This document shows positions 38,226 through 46,944 of a DNA stretch of 64,000 nt, piece by piece (the first letter of the stretch is position 1; each line of letters starts with the position of its first letter). Both the position numbers and the translations under genes were made by a program. The notes beneath the pieces are model-generated. The model saw only the letters and a list, made by a program, of their open reading frames with translations, made no database searches and had not been told where the DNA came from. The DNA is from Candidatus Marinacidobacterium sp. (lineage in GTDB: Bacteria; Acidobacteriota; Vicinamibacteria; Marinacidobacterales; Marinacidobacteraceae), in assembly GCA_965204755.1 (NCBI GenBank), contig OZ242011.1, positions 3,744,001 through 3,808,000 on the forward strand. Direction: 5' to 3'.

Positions 38226-39081
38226 CGCATTCCTCCGAAAACCGGAAGCCCGGGGGGAAAGGGGAGCGGGAGAGCGGGCCTTCGCCGGATCTCTTGTCCT
38301 TGAGCACGGTGAGGGTGATCCCGTCTTCGCCGTGGCCGGCGTCGTAACGGCCGAGCACCCAGGGGTCGAGCGAGGGGGCGGACGGGGGTTTCTCCGTCAG
38401 GGCGACCACCGCGCTCCGGTAGCGCCGCGCCAACCCGGCCAGCCGGGTCAGCGGGGGAACTCTCGGCGTGGAGGCGCCCCTTCCCGCCGGGAGAGGTCGG
38501 GATGACGACAGGAAGGAGGAGGGGAAGGGGGCGGAAGCGGACTCGGCCAAGTCCAGCACGATGAGCCCGAAAGCCCCCGACCGGGCGAGCGTCGCGGCGG
38601 CGCGGACCTGCTCGGAAGCCGAGGCCAGGCGGAGAAGCGCCAACCGCTCCGGCGAGGCGCCCGCGCGGACGGCGTCGGGGGGGAAGAACGAACTCCCGGT
38701 CGTCCCCACCCAGGCGGCGAGGCCGTAACGGGCTTCGTCCCGCTGCGCTTCGGCGACGAGCCCGAGGGCGCAGGAGAGGATCCCGGTGGCGCCGATCCCG
38801 GAGACCTCGGTGAGCCGCCCGAGGAGCAGCGGCAGCCCCCAATCCCCGGCCTCCTCCGCCGCCCGCTCCTCCCGCTGCAGCGGAAAGCGGAAGGGGATCG
38901 GCTGGCCGTAAGTCCCTTCGCCGAGTTCGGGGAGGGCGGGAACAGCGGCGGCCCGGTTCGAAGCGGGTTCGGGGAGGGCCGGTTCGGGGAAGTTCGATGC
39001 GCCCGGGGCGCCCGGACCGAAAGACGGGGCGGGAAAGCGGGCCGGTTCCGGGGGGGGAAGAGGATGGGTGATCGGGTGCAT
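38194..39081 (-). CDS. imuA: ImuA, RecA-like accessory protein
   Basis: Motifs GRLTEVSG, FFPPD, RSGAFGLIVLDL; position in the cassette. Start uncertain. Confidence 0.8.
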   Translation of the reverse strand: MHPITHPLPPPEPARFPAPSFGPGAPGASNFPEPALPEPASNRAAAVPALPELGEGTYGQPIPFRFPLQREERAAEEAGDWGLPLLLGRLTEVSGIGATGILSCALGLVAEAQRDEARYGLAAWVGTTGSSFFPPDAVRAGASPERLALLRLASASEQVRAAATLARSGAFGLIVLDLAESASAPFPSSFLSSSRPLPAGRGASTPRVPPLTRLAGLARRYRSAVVALTEKPPSAPSLDPWVLGRYDAGHGEDGITLTVLKDKRSGEGPLSRSPFPPGFRFSEECDVPAGMSGMC

Positions 39082-39195
39082 GCGGTCTTCTCGGTCGAAC
39101 GGGAGGGCAGCGGGGATTCGGTCGGGTTGCTTCGGGGAAGCGGGGGAGGGCGGTAGTTCGGGAGAGCGGTTCGGGAAAGGGGTTCCGGAAAGGGG

Positions 39196-39900
39196 TCAGG
39201 GCAGCCGCCGGCGCACTTCCACCACTTTGCCCAGGATGCGGCAACGGTCCGGGGGCGGGCGGAGGACCTCGAAGGCCGGGTTCTCCGGGCGGAGTTCGAG
39301 ACGGTTCCGGTCGAGGTGGAGCCGCTTCACCGTGGCTTCGTCCTCGACCAGCGCGACCACGATCTGGCCGGAAACCGCTTCGGTCCGGCGCTCCACGATG
39401 ACGAGGTCGCCTTCGAGGATGCCGGCGCCGGTCATGCTCTCGCCGCGCACCCGGAGCGCGAAGTAGTCCGACGGATCCCGGGAGTGGGGGATCTCCATCA
39501 GGAGGTCCCCGTCCGGGTTCTCCACGGCTTCTTCGAAACCTCCGGCGGCCACCTCGCCGAGCAGCGGAACCGGCGAGAAACCCCGGCGCCGCTCGAAGAG
39601 TTCCTCTTCCTCGGGCCCGGAGGGAGTGAACCGATGGTCGTCGAAGGAGATCGGCGGGGCGGCGGCGGCCCGGCTCGGGGTCCGGTCGGCGGGGAGGAGG
39701 TATCCGCGGGCGCGCCCCGGCTTCTTGAGCAGCCGCCCCTCGTCCACCAGCGCGGCGAGGTGGGAGCGGACGGTCTCGACGGCGCGGAACCCGAAGTGGT
39801 CGCGGATCTCGCGGAGGGAAGGGGAGTCGCCCCGGAGCAACCGCTTCTCGACGAAGCGGAAGATGCGGCCGCGGGTCTGGCCGGGAGGGGTCTTCGGCAT
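39196..39900 (-). CDS. lexA: LexA repressor
   Basis: wHTH PSLREI; Ala-Gly cleavage site VAAG; catalytic GESM and ATVKR. Confidence 0.94.
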   Translation of the reverse strand: MPKTPPGQTRGRIFRFVEKRLLRGDSPSLREIRDHFGFRAVETVRSHLAALVDEGRLLKKPGRARGYLLPADRTPSRAAAAPPISFDDHRFTPSGPEEEELFERRRGFSPVPLLGEVAAGGFEEAVENPDGDLLMEIPHSRDPSDYFALRVRGESMTGAGILEGDLVIVERRTEAVSGQIVVALVEDEATVKRLHLDRNRLELRPENPAFEVLRPPPDRCRILGKVVEVRRRLP

Positions 39901-39908
39901 GGACGGGG

Positions 39909-39937
39909 ACGATAACAGACATTTGTCTGTTTTTCAA
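39909..39937 (-). promoter_or_regulatory. Sigma70 promoter of lexA-imuA-imuB-dnaE2 with a palindromic operator filling the spacer
   Basis: Minus strand TTGAAA (39937-32)-N17-TATCGT (39914-09); palindrome AACAGAC-ATTT-GTCTGTT at 39914-39931. Confidence 0.8.
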
Positions 39938-40182
39938 GGCGCGCGATCCCGCGGCGGCTCTCGACCGCCCCGGCGGTCCTCGCGTTCCCTGCGAAGTCCC
40001 CTACGGAATTCGCGGCCGGCCGCCGCGCTGCCCGGGCGGCCTACGCCGTTTCTACCCGGACGCCGGCCCCCGGTTTCGGGTCCTCGCCGAAGGGGATGGA
40101 TCCCCAACCGCCAGGAAATCGCGCGGGGACTTCCGGTCTTCCGCTCGGGAAGGGGAGGGCGCGGCGCCCTCCCCGCCGGCCG

Positions 40183-40998
40183 CTAGAACGGGACCGGATC
40201 TTCCTCGTCGGAGGTGTCCACGCCGGAGACGCCGCCCCCGGCCCGGTCGCGCTCGCGCAGTTTCCGGTCGAGGCCCGGGTCGCCGCCGTAGGCGGAACCG
40301 CCCCGGGCGCCGGAGGAACCGGCGCCGCCCCCGCCGCCCCGGCCGCCGCTCGTGGACACCGACTGGGCGTAGGTCTCGGTGACGCGGCGCTCCACCCCGT
40401 TCTTGTCGGTGTACTTCCGGCCGCCCACCCGACCCTCCACCAGGACGCGGTGCCCCTTCTCGACCTTCCCCTCCAGCCGGCGGGCGAGGTCCTGGACGGC
40501 GGAGACCTGGTGCCACTCGGTCTCCTCCCCCTGCTCGCCGCTCCGCCGGTAGAAGGTCTCGCTCGTGGCGACCCGGATGTTCATCACCGAGAACCCCCGA
40601 TCCTCGAAGTGGCGCAGTTCCGGCTCGTTGCCCACATTGCCCAGGATGATCGAGCGGTTCATCTGCGGGTCCGCCGTCTCCGGCGTCCGCAGGAGGTCGG
40701 CGGCCACATCGGTCGCATAGACCTCGTGCCCGTCCCGGGTGTACTTCCGGGTGCGGAGGCGCCCCTCCACATACACGGGACTGTCGGAAGTGAGGTTCGA
40801 GGCGATCTCGGCGCTCTTCGCGCCCCGCACCGAGATGCGGTGCCAGGCGGGACGCTCCCGCATCGCGCCGCTGTCGTCGCTCTCCATGGTGACGGTCTTC
40901 ACCCCGAAGGTGACGAGTTTCCCGCCGTCCTCGAAGTTGCGCGTCGTCGGCGCGTCGGAGACCGTGCCGCGCAGCACGACCTTGCTGATGTCTCTCAT
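40183..40998 (-). CDS. ssb: Single-stranded DNA-binding protein with two tandem OB folds
   Basis: OB1 (SKVVLRG...WHRI...VYVEGRLRTRKY), OB2 (NRSIILGNVG...TEWHQV...VLVEGRV..RKY), Gly-rich linker and acidic tip DEEDPVPF. Confidence 0.9.
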   Translation of the reverse strand: MRDISKVVLRGTVSDAPTTRNFEDGGKLVTFGVKTVTMESDDSGAMRERPAWHRISVRGAKSAEIASNLTSDSPVYVEGRLRTRKYTRDGHEVYATDVAADLLRTPETADPQMNRSIILGNVGNEPELRHFEDRGFSVMNIRVATSETFYRRSGEQGEETEWHQVSAVQDLARRLEGKVEKGHRVLVEGRVGGRKYTDKNGVERRVTETYAQSVSTSGGRGGGGGAGSSGARGGSAYGGDPGLDRKLRERDRAGGGVSGVDTSDEEDPVPF

Positions 40999-41035
40999 CG
41001 GGTCTCTCCGGCGGGCGCGCTCGGCCGCCCGCCCT

Positions 41036-41956
41036 TCAGTCGCCGGGTTCTCGCGGAGTCAGCGACTCCAACTGCCTCCGGGCGGCGCGGGCCGCCGGAG
41101 TTCCGGCGTATATGTCCAGGATGTCTTCGAAAATGTCACGCGCATCGGATTCGTGTCCGAGGTGATGGAGGATGAAGCCCTTCTTGTACCAGGCCTCGCC
41201 GACCTTGTTGCTGTCGGGGAAATCGCGGATCACGATCTCGAACTGCTCGAGCGCCGGTTCGAGTTGCTCCACCGCGAGCAGCGCTTCGCCGATGCCGTAC
41301 CGGGCGTTGTCGGCGAGTTCGCCGCCCGCCGCCGCCACCCGCTCGAACCCGGCGACCGCGAGTTCGTAGCGGCCCTGCAGGTAGTCGGCCTGCGCTTCGA
41401 GATAGATCTCGGAGACGCTCGGTTCGTCGAGGACGACCGCCCCGGGGGCGGCCTCGTCCGCTTCGCCTTCGGCGTCCTCGTCCGGGGAGTCCGCCGGAGG
41501 CGGGCTGTCGGCGGGTTCCCCGCCGCCGTCCGAGGCCTCGCCGGACGCTTGGTCCGCCCCGTCGGCCGTCGCTCCGACCCTCGCCGCCCGGCGCTGCGCT
41601 TCGCGGACCGCCTCCACCTCGACCAGGAGCGCCGAGAGGCGGTCGTCGGCCTGGGCGAAGGACTCGCCGAGGGTCGAGACGCGCTGCTCCATCCGCTCGA
41701 GCGCGCTCGCGGTCTCGGCCCGGCTCCGCCGCTCGTCGGCGAGCGTTTCGCCGCGGTCGGCGAGCAGGGACTCCACCGCTTCGGCGAGGGAGTTCTGCGC
41801 GTCGGCCAAGGCGTTCAGTTGCGACTGGATCTGGCGGATCTCGGCCAGGATCCGGTCCTCTCCGCGCTGCGCGGCGGCCGCGGCCGGCAGCGCGAGGACA
41901 GCGGCGGCGACCGCGGCGAGCGGGAAGGGGCGGGGAGGCGCGGGCCGCGGGGTCAC
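41036..41956 (-). CDS. cpoB: Tol-Pal TPR protein CpoB/YbgF
   Basis: Signal peptide, coiled coil, TPRs (ADNARYGIGE, FPDSNKVGEAWYKKG); follows pal. Confidence 0.85.
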   Translation of the reverse strand: MTPRPAPPRPFPLAAVAAAVLALPAAAAAQRGEDRILAEIRQIQSQLNALADAQNSLAEAVESLLADRGETLADERRSRAETASALERMEQRVSTLGESFAQADDRLSALLVEVEAVREAQRRAARVGATADGADQASGEASDGGGEPADSPPPADSPDEDAEGEADEAAPGAVVLDEPSVSEIYLEAQADYLQGRYELAVAGFERVAAAGGELADNARYGIGEALLAVEQLEPALEQFEIVIRDFPDSNKVGEAWYKKGFILHHLGHESDARDIFEDILDIYAGTPAARAARRQLESLTPREPGD

Positions 41957-42684
41957 CGGCCGATGATCTCCAGGTGGCCGCGGCGGTTGCGCCGCCAGGC
42001 GGTTTCGTCGTGGCCGGGATCGAGCGGGAATTCCTTCCCGTAACTGATGATCTGCAGGCGGTCGCCGGAGACGCCGAGGCGGACCAGGTAGTCCTGCACC
42101 GCGCGCGCCCGGCCCTCGCCGAGAGCCAGGTTGTATTCCACCGTCCCGCGTTCGTCGCAGTGGCCTTCGATCAGCACCCGGACGGTGGGGTAGCGGTTCA
42201 GCCAGGCGGCGTTCCGCTCCAAGGCCGCCCGGGCTTCGGCGCTGAGGTCGGCGCTGTCGTAGCCGAACTGGACATCGACCAGGACGCCCTGCTCGTTGAG
42301 TTCCTCGATGCTCATCGAGCCCACATCGAGAAGGTCCGCTTCCACCCCGGCTTCCGGGGGCAGCGCCAGGATCTCGTCTTCGGTGAGGCTGCTCGCCGAC
42401 CGGTCGGAACTTTCCGCGGCGGAGGAGGGCGTTCCGGCGGCGCCGGTCTCCGCCGGCGTCTCGGAGGGGGCGTCCGGGGCGCCGGTGGCGGGCGGGCGGC
42501 CGGTCGCGCAACCCGCGGCCCCGCCGAAGAAGGCCGAGCCGAGCGCGAACGCGAACAGGACCGGCGCCGCCCCGAGCCGGAGCGCCCGGCGCTCCCGCGC
42601 CGACGGGCGCTCCGTGGACTCTCTCCACGGGCTGTTCAGGGGGAGGCGGACGGGGCGGGCGGGGAGGGGCACGGGCGGAGTCAC
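41953..42684 (-). CDS. pal: Peptidoglycan-associated lipoprotein Pal
   Basis: Lipobox AAGC; motifs FGYDS, IEGHCDERGTVEYNLALG, SYGKEFP, NRR. Confidence 0.93.
   Translation of the reverse strand: MTPPVPLPARPVRLPLNSPWRESTERPSARERRALRLGAAPVLFAFALGSAFFGGAAGCATGRPPATGAPDAPSETPAETGAAGTPSSAAESSDRSASSLTEDEILALPPEAGVEADLLDVGSMSIEELNEQGVLVDVQFGYDSADLSAEARAALERNAAWLNRYPTVRVLIEGHCDERGTVEYNLALGEGRARAVQDYLVRLGVSGDRLQIISYGKEFPLDPGHDETAWRRNRRGHLEIIGR
42596..42634 (+). repeat. MITE right-end remnant inside the 5' part of pal
   Basis: CGCGCCGACGGGCGCTCCGTGGACTCTCTCCACGGGCTG matches the 3' end and TIR of 3636-3856. Confidence 0.6.
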
Positions 42685-44144
42685 GGGGGCGCGGAGGGGG
42701 GGTTGCCCCAACTGGGCATCGTGTTGTTGCCCTCGCTGGTCAACTGGCGCAGGTTCGAGCCGTCCCGGTTCATGGCGAACACCTGCTCGCTCCCGGTGCG
42801 GTTCGAGGTGAAGACCAGGTGGAGTCCGTTCGGCGCCCAGGAGGGGCTCTCGTTGCTGCCGCGGCCGGTAGTGAGTTGGCGGGTCTGGCGGGTGCCGAAA
42901 TCGTGGACGACGATGTCGAAGGGGCCTCGTTCGATGCGGGAAGCGTAGGCGAGTTCGCTCTGCTGCCGGGAGGGTGACCAGGCCGGGGAGTCGTTGTAGG
43001 AGCCCTCGAAGGAGACCCGGCGCAGGTTCAGGCCGTCCCGATCCATCGAGTAGATCTGCGGGGAGCCGGTGCGGTCGGAGGTGAAGGCGATCGTCCGGCC
43101 GTTCGGCGACCAGGTGGGAGCGGTGTCGATCGCCCGGTTGTCGGTCAGGCGGCGGAGTTCGCTGCCGTCCGCCGCGGCCAGGTAGATCTCGGACTGCCCG
43201 TCCCGCGTGGAGGTGAAGGCGATCCACCGGCCGTCCGGCGACCAGGCGGGAGTGAACGACTGGTGGTCGCCGACCAATTTCCGGCCGCGGCCCTGGTAGA
43301 GGAACGCCAGGTAGAGCGCCGGGGCCCCCTCCCGGTAGGAGATGTAACTGAGCGCGCGGCCGTCCGGCGACCAGGTCGGGCTGAGGTTCAGGTGCCCGTT
43401 GGCGGTGACCGGGCGCTGCCCGAACCCGTCGTAGTCCATCAGGTAGATCTCTTTGCTGCGCTCCCTCCGCCGGTCGGTGGAGAACGCGATGCGCGTCCGC
43501 GCCACGCCCAGGTAGCCGCCCGCCTGCAGCAGGAGATCGTCGGAGATCCGGTGGGCGAGCGAGCGGGCGTCTTCCGGCCCGGCGGTGTAGCGGCGGGCGA
43601 AGACGCTCTCTTGGGCGCGCACCGCGTGGAGGCGCACCTCGGCGACCAGGCGGTCGTCCTCGATCCGGGCGGTCCCCCGGACCAGGATGTCGGCGCCGAT
43701 GGACTCCCACTGGTAGTAGTCGAGGTCCCCGGCCGGCGAGCCGGCTTCGGCGATCCGGTAGAAGCGGCGGGGCAGGAGCCGGTACACCGCGGCGTAGGCG
43801 ATGTCGTTCCACAGGACTTCTCCGATGGCTTCGGCCGCGGCGGCCGCCGCTCCTCCGGCGGGATCGTCCGGCCCCGCCGCCGCAGTCTCCGCCGCCGGCG
43901 GGTCGGCGACCGTGAAGTCCGGGATCGCCAGGCGCACCGGACGGCCGGGGCGGGTGATGTCCAGGTACCAGTCGCCGGACTGGCCGGACGCCCGGCCCGC
44001 GGAGAGCGTCTCCACGACGACGGCGCCGGCTTCGGGGGCCGGGCCGAGGCGGAGAGCCGCGCCCAGCCGGGGGGCGGCTGCGGCGGTGAGCGCGGCGGCG
44101 GCGGCCGCGGCCAGCGCCGCGCGGAGGAGCGGGGATCCCTTCAT
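42681..44144 (-). CDS. tolB: Tol-Pal beta-propeller protein TolB
   Basis: TolB_N domain plus WD40-like PD40 repeats (SPTWSPDG, PAWSPDG, PSWAPNG). Confidence 0.93.
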   Translation of the reverse strand: MKGSPLLRAALAAAAAAALTAAAAPRLGAALRLGPAPEAGAVVVETLSAGRASGQSGDWYLDITRPGRPVRLAIPDFTVADPPAAETAAAGPDDPAGGAAAAAAEAIGEVLWNDIAYAAVYRLLPRRFYRIAEAGSPAGDLDYYQWESIGADILVRGTARIEDDRLVAEVRLHAVRAQESVFARRYTAGPEDARSLAHRISDDLLLQAGGYLGVARTRIAFSTDRRRERSKEIYLMDYDGFGQRPVTANGHLNLSPTWSPDGRALSYISYREGAPALYLAFLYQGRGRKLVGDHQSFTPAWSPDGRWIAFTSTRDGQSEIYLAAADGSELRRLTDNRAIDTAPTWSPNGRTIAFTSDRTGSPQIYSMDRDGLNLRRVSFEGSYNDSPAWSPSRQQSELAYASRIERGPFDIVVHDFGTRQTRQLTTGRGSNESPSWAPNGLHLVFTSNRTGSEQVFAMNRDGSNLRQLTSEGNNTMPSWGNPPSAPP

Positions 44145-45091
44145 GCCGCCCTCTCCGGCGGGATCGGCAGGGAAGCCGCCGGGGAGTCTCCGGAGGCCGG
44201 GTCGCCATCGCCGTCGCCGCCGGCGGTCTCCGATCCGTAGGTGAACAGCAGGTGGACCCCCACGCGGTCGCGGGGGTAACTCTCCGGCAGCCGGGGCAGG
44301 GGCTCCGCCAGGACGACCGCGCGGAGCGCGGAACGGTCGAGGAGGGACTGGCCGCTCGAGGTCTCGACTTCCGCGGCGGAGATCGAGCCGTCGCGGTGGA
44401 CCGTGAACCGGATCACCACCGTGGCCTTCCCCCGAACCGGGATCTGCTGCCAGTTGGTCGCGATGCGGGCGATCATCTGCCGCTGGTAGTAGGCGTACTC
44501 GAAGTCCTGGTCGAATCGGGCGCCGCCCGGCGCGCCGCCGAGGCCGATGCCGCCGGCGCCGCTCGAAGACTGGGCCGCAGCCTGGGCCGGCCGGCGGGAG
44601 GGGCGCGACTTCGTGTCCAGCGGGCGGCTCGCGGCGAGGCGGGCGGAGCGGGCCCAGGCGGCGTCCTTCCCCCGGAGCCCGGAGTCGGGTTGCTCCCGAG
44701 GGGGGCGCCGGCGTTCACGGGCGTCCGGTACGGGCATCCGGTCGCGGTCTTCGGTGGTGGGGCGGGCGACTCCGGGCCGGCTGTCGGGGGGTTCGGGCGC
44801 CGGCGCCGGTTCGGGTTCGGGCGGAGCGGGCGCCGGCGGCTCCGGTTCGATTTCCGGCTCCGGTTCCGGCGGCGGCGCCGGGGGAGGCGGAGCGGCTCCG
44901 CCGAGGGAGGGACTCGGGTTGGGTCCGGACATCCCGAGTTCGATGAACGCCGCGGAGGGAGGCGTGTCGGGCGGGGACTCGACGACGGAGACGGCGAACG
45001 CCGCGCCGCCGAGGAGGGCGAGGTGGAGGATCGCCGAGCGGAACAGGTGCCCGCCGAACCGGTCACCGGCGGAGGCGGCGGAGGCGGTCAC
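44141..45091 (-). CDS. TolA/TonB-family energy transducer
   Basis: TM segment with SAILH motif, Pro-rich linker, TonB_C-like domain (SSGQSLLDRSALRAV). Confidence 0.85.
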   Translation of the reverse strand: MTASAASAGDRFGGHLFRSAILHLALLGGAAFAVSVVESPPDTPPSAAFIELGMSGPNPSPSLGGAAPPPPAPPPEPEPEIEPEPPAPAPPEPEPAPAPEPPDSRPGVARPTTEDRDRMPVPDARERRRPPREQPDSGLRGKDAAWARSARLAASRPLDTKSRPSRRPAQAAAQSSSGAGGIGLGGAPGGARFDQDFEYAYYQRQMIARIATNWQQIPVRGKATVVIRFTVHRDGSISAAEVETSSGQSLLDRSALRAVVLAEPLPRLPESYPRDRVGVHLLFTYGSETAGGDGDGDPASGDSPAASLPIPPERAA

Positions 45092-45255
45092 GCGGGCGTT
45101 ACCGGGGATCGGGGAATGGGGAGTTCAGGCAGGGGAGCGGGGCGAGGGGTCGCAGCGGGATCGGGAGACGGGAGCGGACCGGTCAGGGGACGGGACGCGA
45201 ACCAGGGCGCGCGAACGGGCGGGCCTTCCGAAGGGCGTCGCGCGGGGAGAGCCGC

Positions 45256-45744
45256 TCACCGGCCTCGCTGTTCCCCCGGGTAGGCGTACACAAGACCTAC
45301 GCGGTCGAAACCCGCCCGTTTCATCGTGTCTATGACCTCGATGACCCTTCCGTATTCTAGCGAGGCGTCGCCCTGCAGGTAGCCCTCCCGGGCGCCGCCG
45401 AACTCGACGATCTCGCGCAGCCGGTCGCCCAACAGCACCGGGTTCACCGCGGTGTCCCCGACGAAAGTGCGCCCTTCGCCGTCCACGGTGACGATGATCC
45501 GTTCGGTGGCTTCGGCGGAGCGCATCCGGGCGGTGGGCAGGTTCACATCCAGCGAGCGGACGAGCAGCGGCGCGGTGACCATGAAGATGATGAGCAGCAC
45601 CAGCACCACATCCACGAACGGCGTCACATTGATGTCGCTGAGCGCGCCGCCGCCGGCCCCCGAACTCCGCGCGCCGAGCCGGCCGAGCGCCGAGCCGCCC
45701 CCGGCGGAGCCGCCGTCCGAACCGCCGGCGAGGTGGGCGCCCAT
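45256..45744 (-). CDS. tolR: TolR/ExbD
   Basis: Motif INVTPFVDVVLVLLIIFMVTAP. Confidence 0.92.
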   Translation of the reverse strand: MGAHLAGGSDGGSAGGGSALGRLGARSSGAGGGALSDINVTPFVDVVLVLLIIFMVTAPLLVRSLDVNLPTARMRSAEATERIIVTVDGEGRTFVGDTAVNPVLLGDRLREIVEFGGAREGYLQGDASLEYGRVIEVIDTMKRAGFDRVGLVYAYPGEQRGR

Positions 45745-45745
45745 C

Positions 45746-46579
45746 TCAACGGACGAAGTGCCGTTCCAACTTCGTCACATACTCCATCGAGAACTCGTCC
45801 ATGCTCGTCCCGATGCGCCGGATCCGGCCCTGGAAGGCGTTGTAGGCGATGACCGCCGGAATCGCGGCGGCGAGTCCGGCGGCGGTGGCGATGAGCGCCT
45901 CCGAGACGCCGGGGGCGACCACGCTGATGTTCGCGGTCTGCGTGAAGCCGATGTCCTGGAAGGCGTTCATGATGCCCCAGACCGTGCCGAAGAGGCCGAT
46001 GAACGGCGTGGCGCTGCCGGTGGTGGCGAGGAAGGTCATCCGGTCCTCCAACCGGGCGGTCTCCGTCGAGGAAGCCCGGAGCAGGGAACGGGCGACCGCT
46101 TCCATGTTGCGGACCGAGAGCCGGCCGCCGTCGCCCGAGCCGGAGCGCGACTGGTACCGCATCTCCTGGTACCCGGCCGAGAAGACCTGCGCGAGCGGGC
46201 TCTTCGGCATCTTGGGCAGGGCGTCCACCACATCCCCGAACCGCGGCGCCGAGCGGAACAACTGCAGGAATTCGGCGGAGCCGGTCTCCGCCGCGCGCAG
46301 CCTCCGGGACTTGCTGAAGATGATCGCCCAGGACACCAGGCTGAAGGCCAGCAGGACGAGCAGCACCGTCCAGGCGACCGGCCCGGCCTCGATGATGAGC
46401 GAGAGGACATTGTCGGCGCCGAAAACGCTGCCCCCGGGGTCGAGATCCACGCTGGTGACCCCGCCCGGATCCCCCGCCGGCGGATCCTGCGCCGAAGCGC
46501 GCGCCGGCGCCGACACCGGGAGGAGGACGGAGAAGGACGCCGGGAAGAGGAGGACGCCCCGGCGGGTTCGGCGGCGCAT
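45746..46579 (-). CDS. tolQ: TolQ (MotA/TolQ/ExbB family)
   Basis: Motifs TPFIGLFGTVWGIM, VAPGVSEALIATAAGLAAAIPA. Start is ATG 46579 or GTG 46627. Confidence 0.92.
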   Translation of the reverse strand: MRRRTRRGVLLFPASFSVLLPVSAPARASAQDPPAGDPGGVTSVDLDPGGSVFGADNVLSLIIEAGPVAWTVLLVLLAFSLVSWAIIFSKSRRLRAAETGSAEFLQLFRSAPRFGDVVDALPKMPKSPLAQVFSAGYQEMRYQSRSGSGDGGRLSVRNMEAVARSLLRASSTETARLEDRMTFLATTGSATPFIGLFGTVWGIMNAFQDIGFTQTANISVVAPGVSEALIATAAGLAAAIPAVIAYNAFQGRIRRIGTSMDEFSMEYVTKLERHFVR

Positions 46580-46721
46580 TTCGAGGGAGTCGGGCGGCCG
46601 GCCGGCCGCCCGCGATCCCGCCTTCACGAGACCGGCGCCGACGGCCGTCCGAGGCGCGGCCGGCCGATACCGGAACCGGCTTCGCGGGCGGGGATTCGGG
46701 TGGCCGGCGGAATCACCGAAA

Positions 46722-46768
46722 GCACAATATATAGTAGCCGACTCGCTTTGACACCACTACCGGTTGGG
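46722..46768. promoter_or_regulatory. Tandem NrdR-box-like pair overlapping a putative tolQ promoter
   Basis: GCACAATATATAGTAG (46722-37) and ACCACTACCGGTTGGG (46753-68), starts 31 bp apart; minus-strand GTGTCA-N17-TATATT (46754-46726). Confidence 0.55.
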
Positions 46769-46944
46769 GTTCGGCCTCCGGACGGCCCGGTCGCCGCCGG
46801 CCGCTCCGAAGCGAGTTTTTCCGGCCTCGGAACACCGGCCCGGGGCCTCCCGGAATCGGGCCCGCGAAGCCGTCGCGGGGGGCCGGAGGCGAGGACGCTC
46901 CGCTGAGGTCGCCCTGAGGTCGCCCCGCTGAGGTCGCTGCAACG

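Noticed and set aside
38956-39185. GTTC repeats near the imuA start as LexA boxes
   Set aside because: Spacings are inconsistent (7, 11, 6, 9, 9) and most lie in Pro/Glu-coding low-complexity sequence; the palindrome at 39914-39931 is the better operator.
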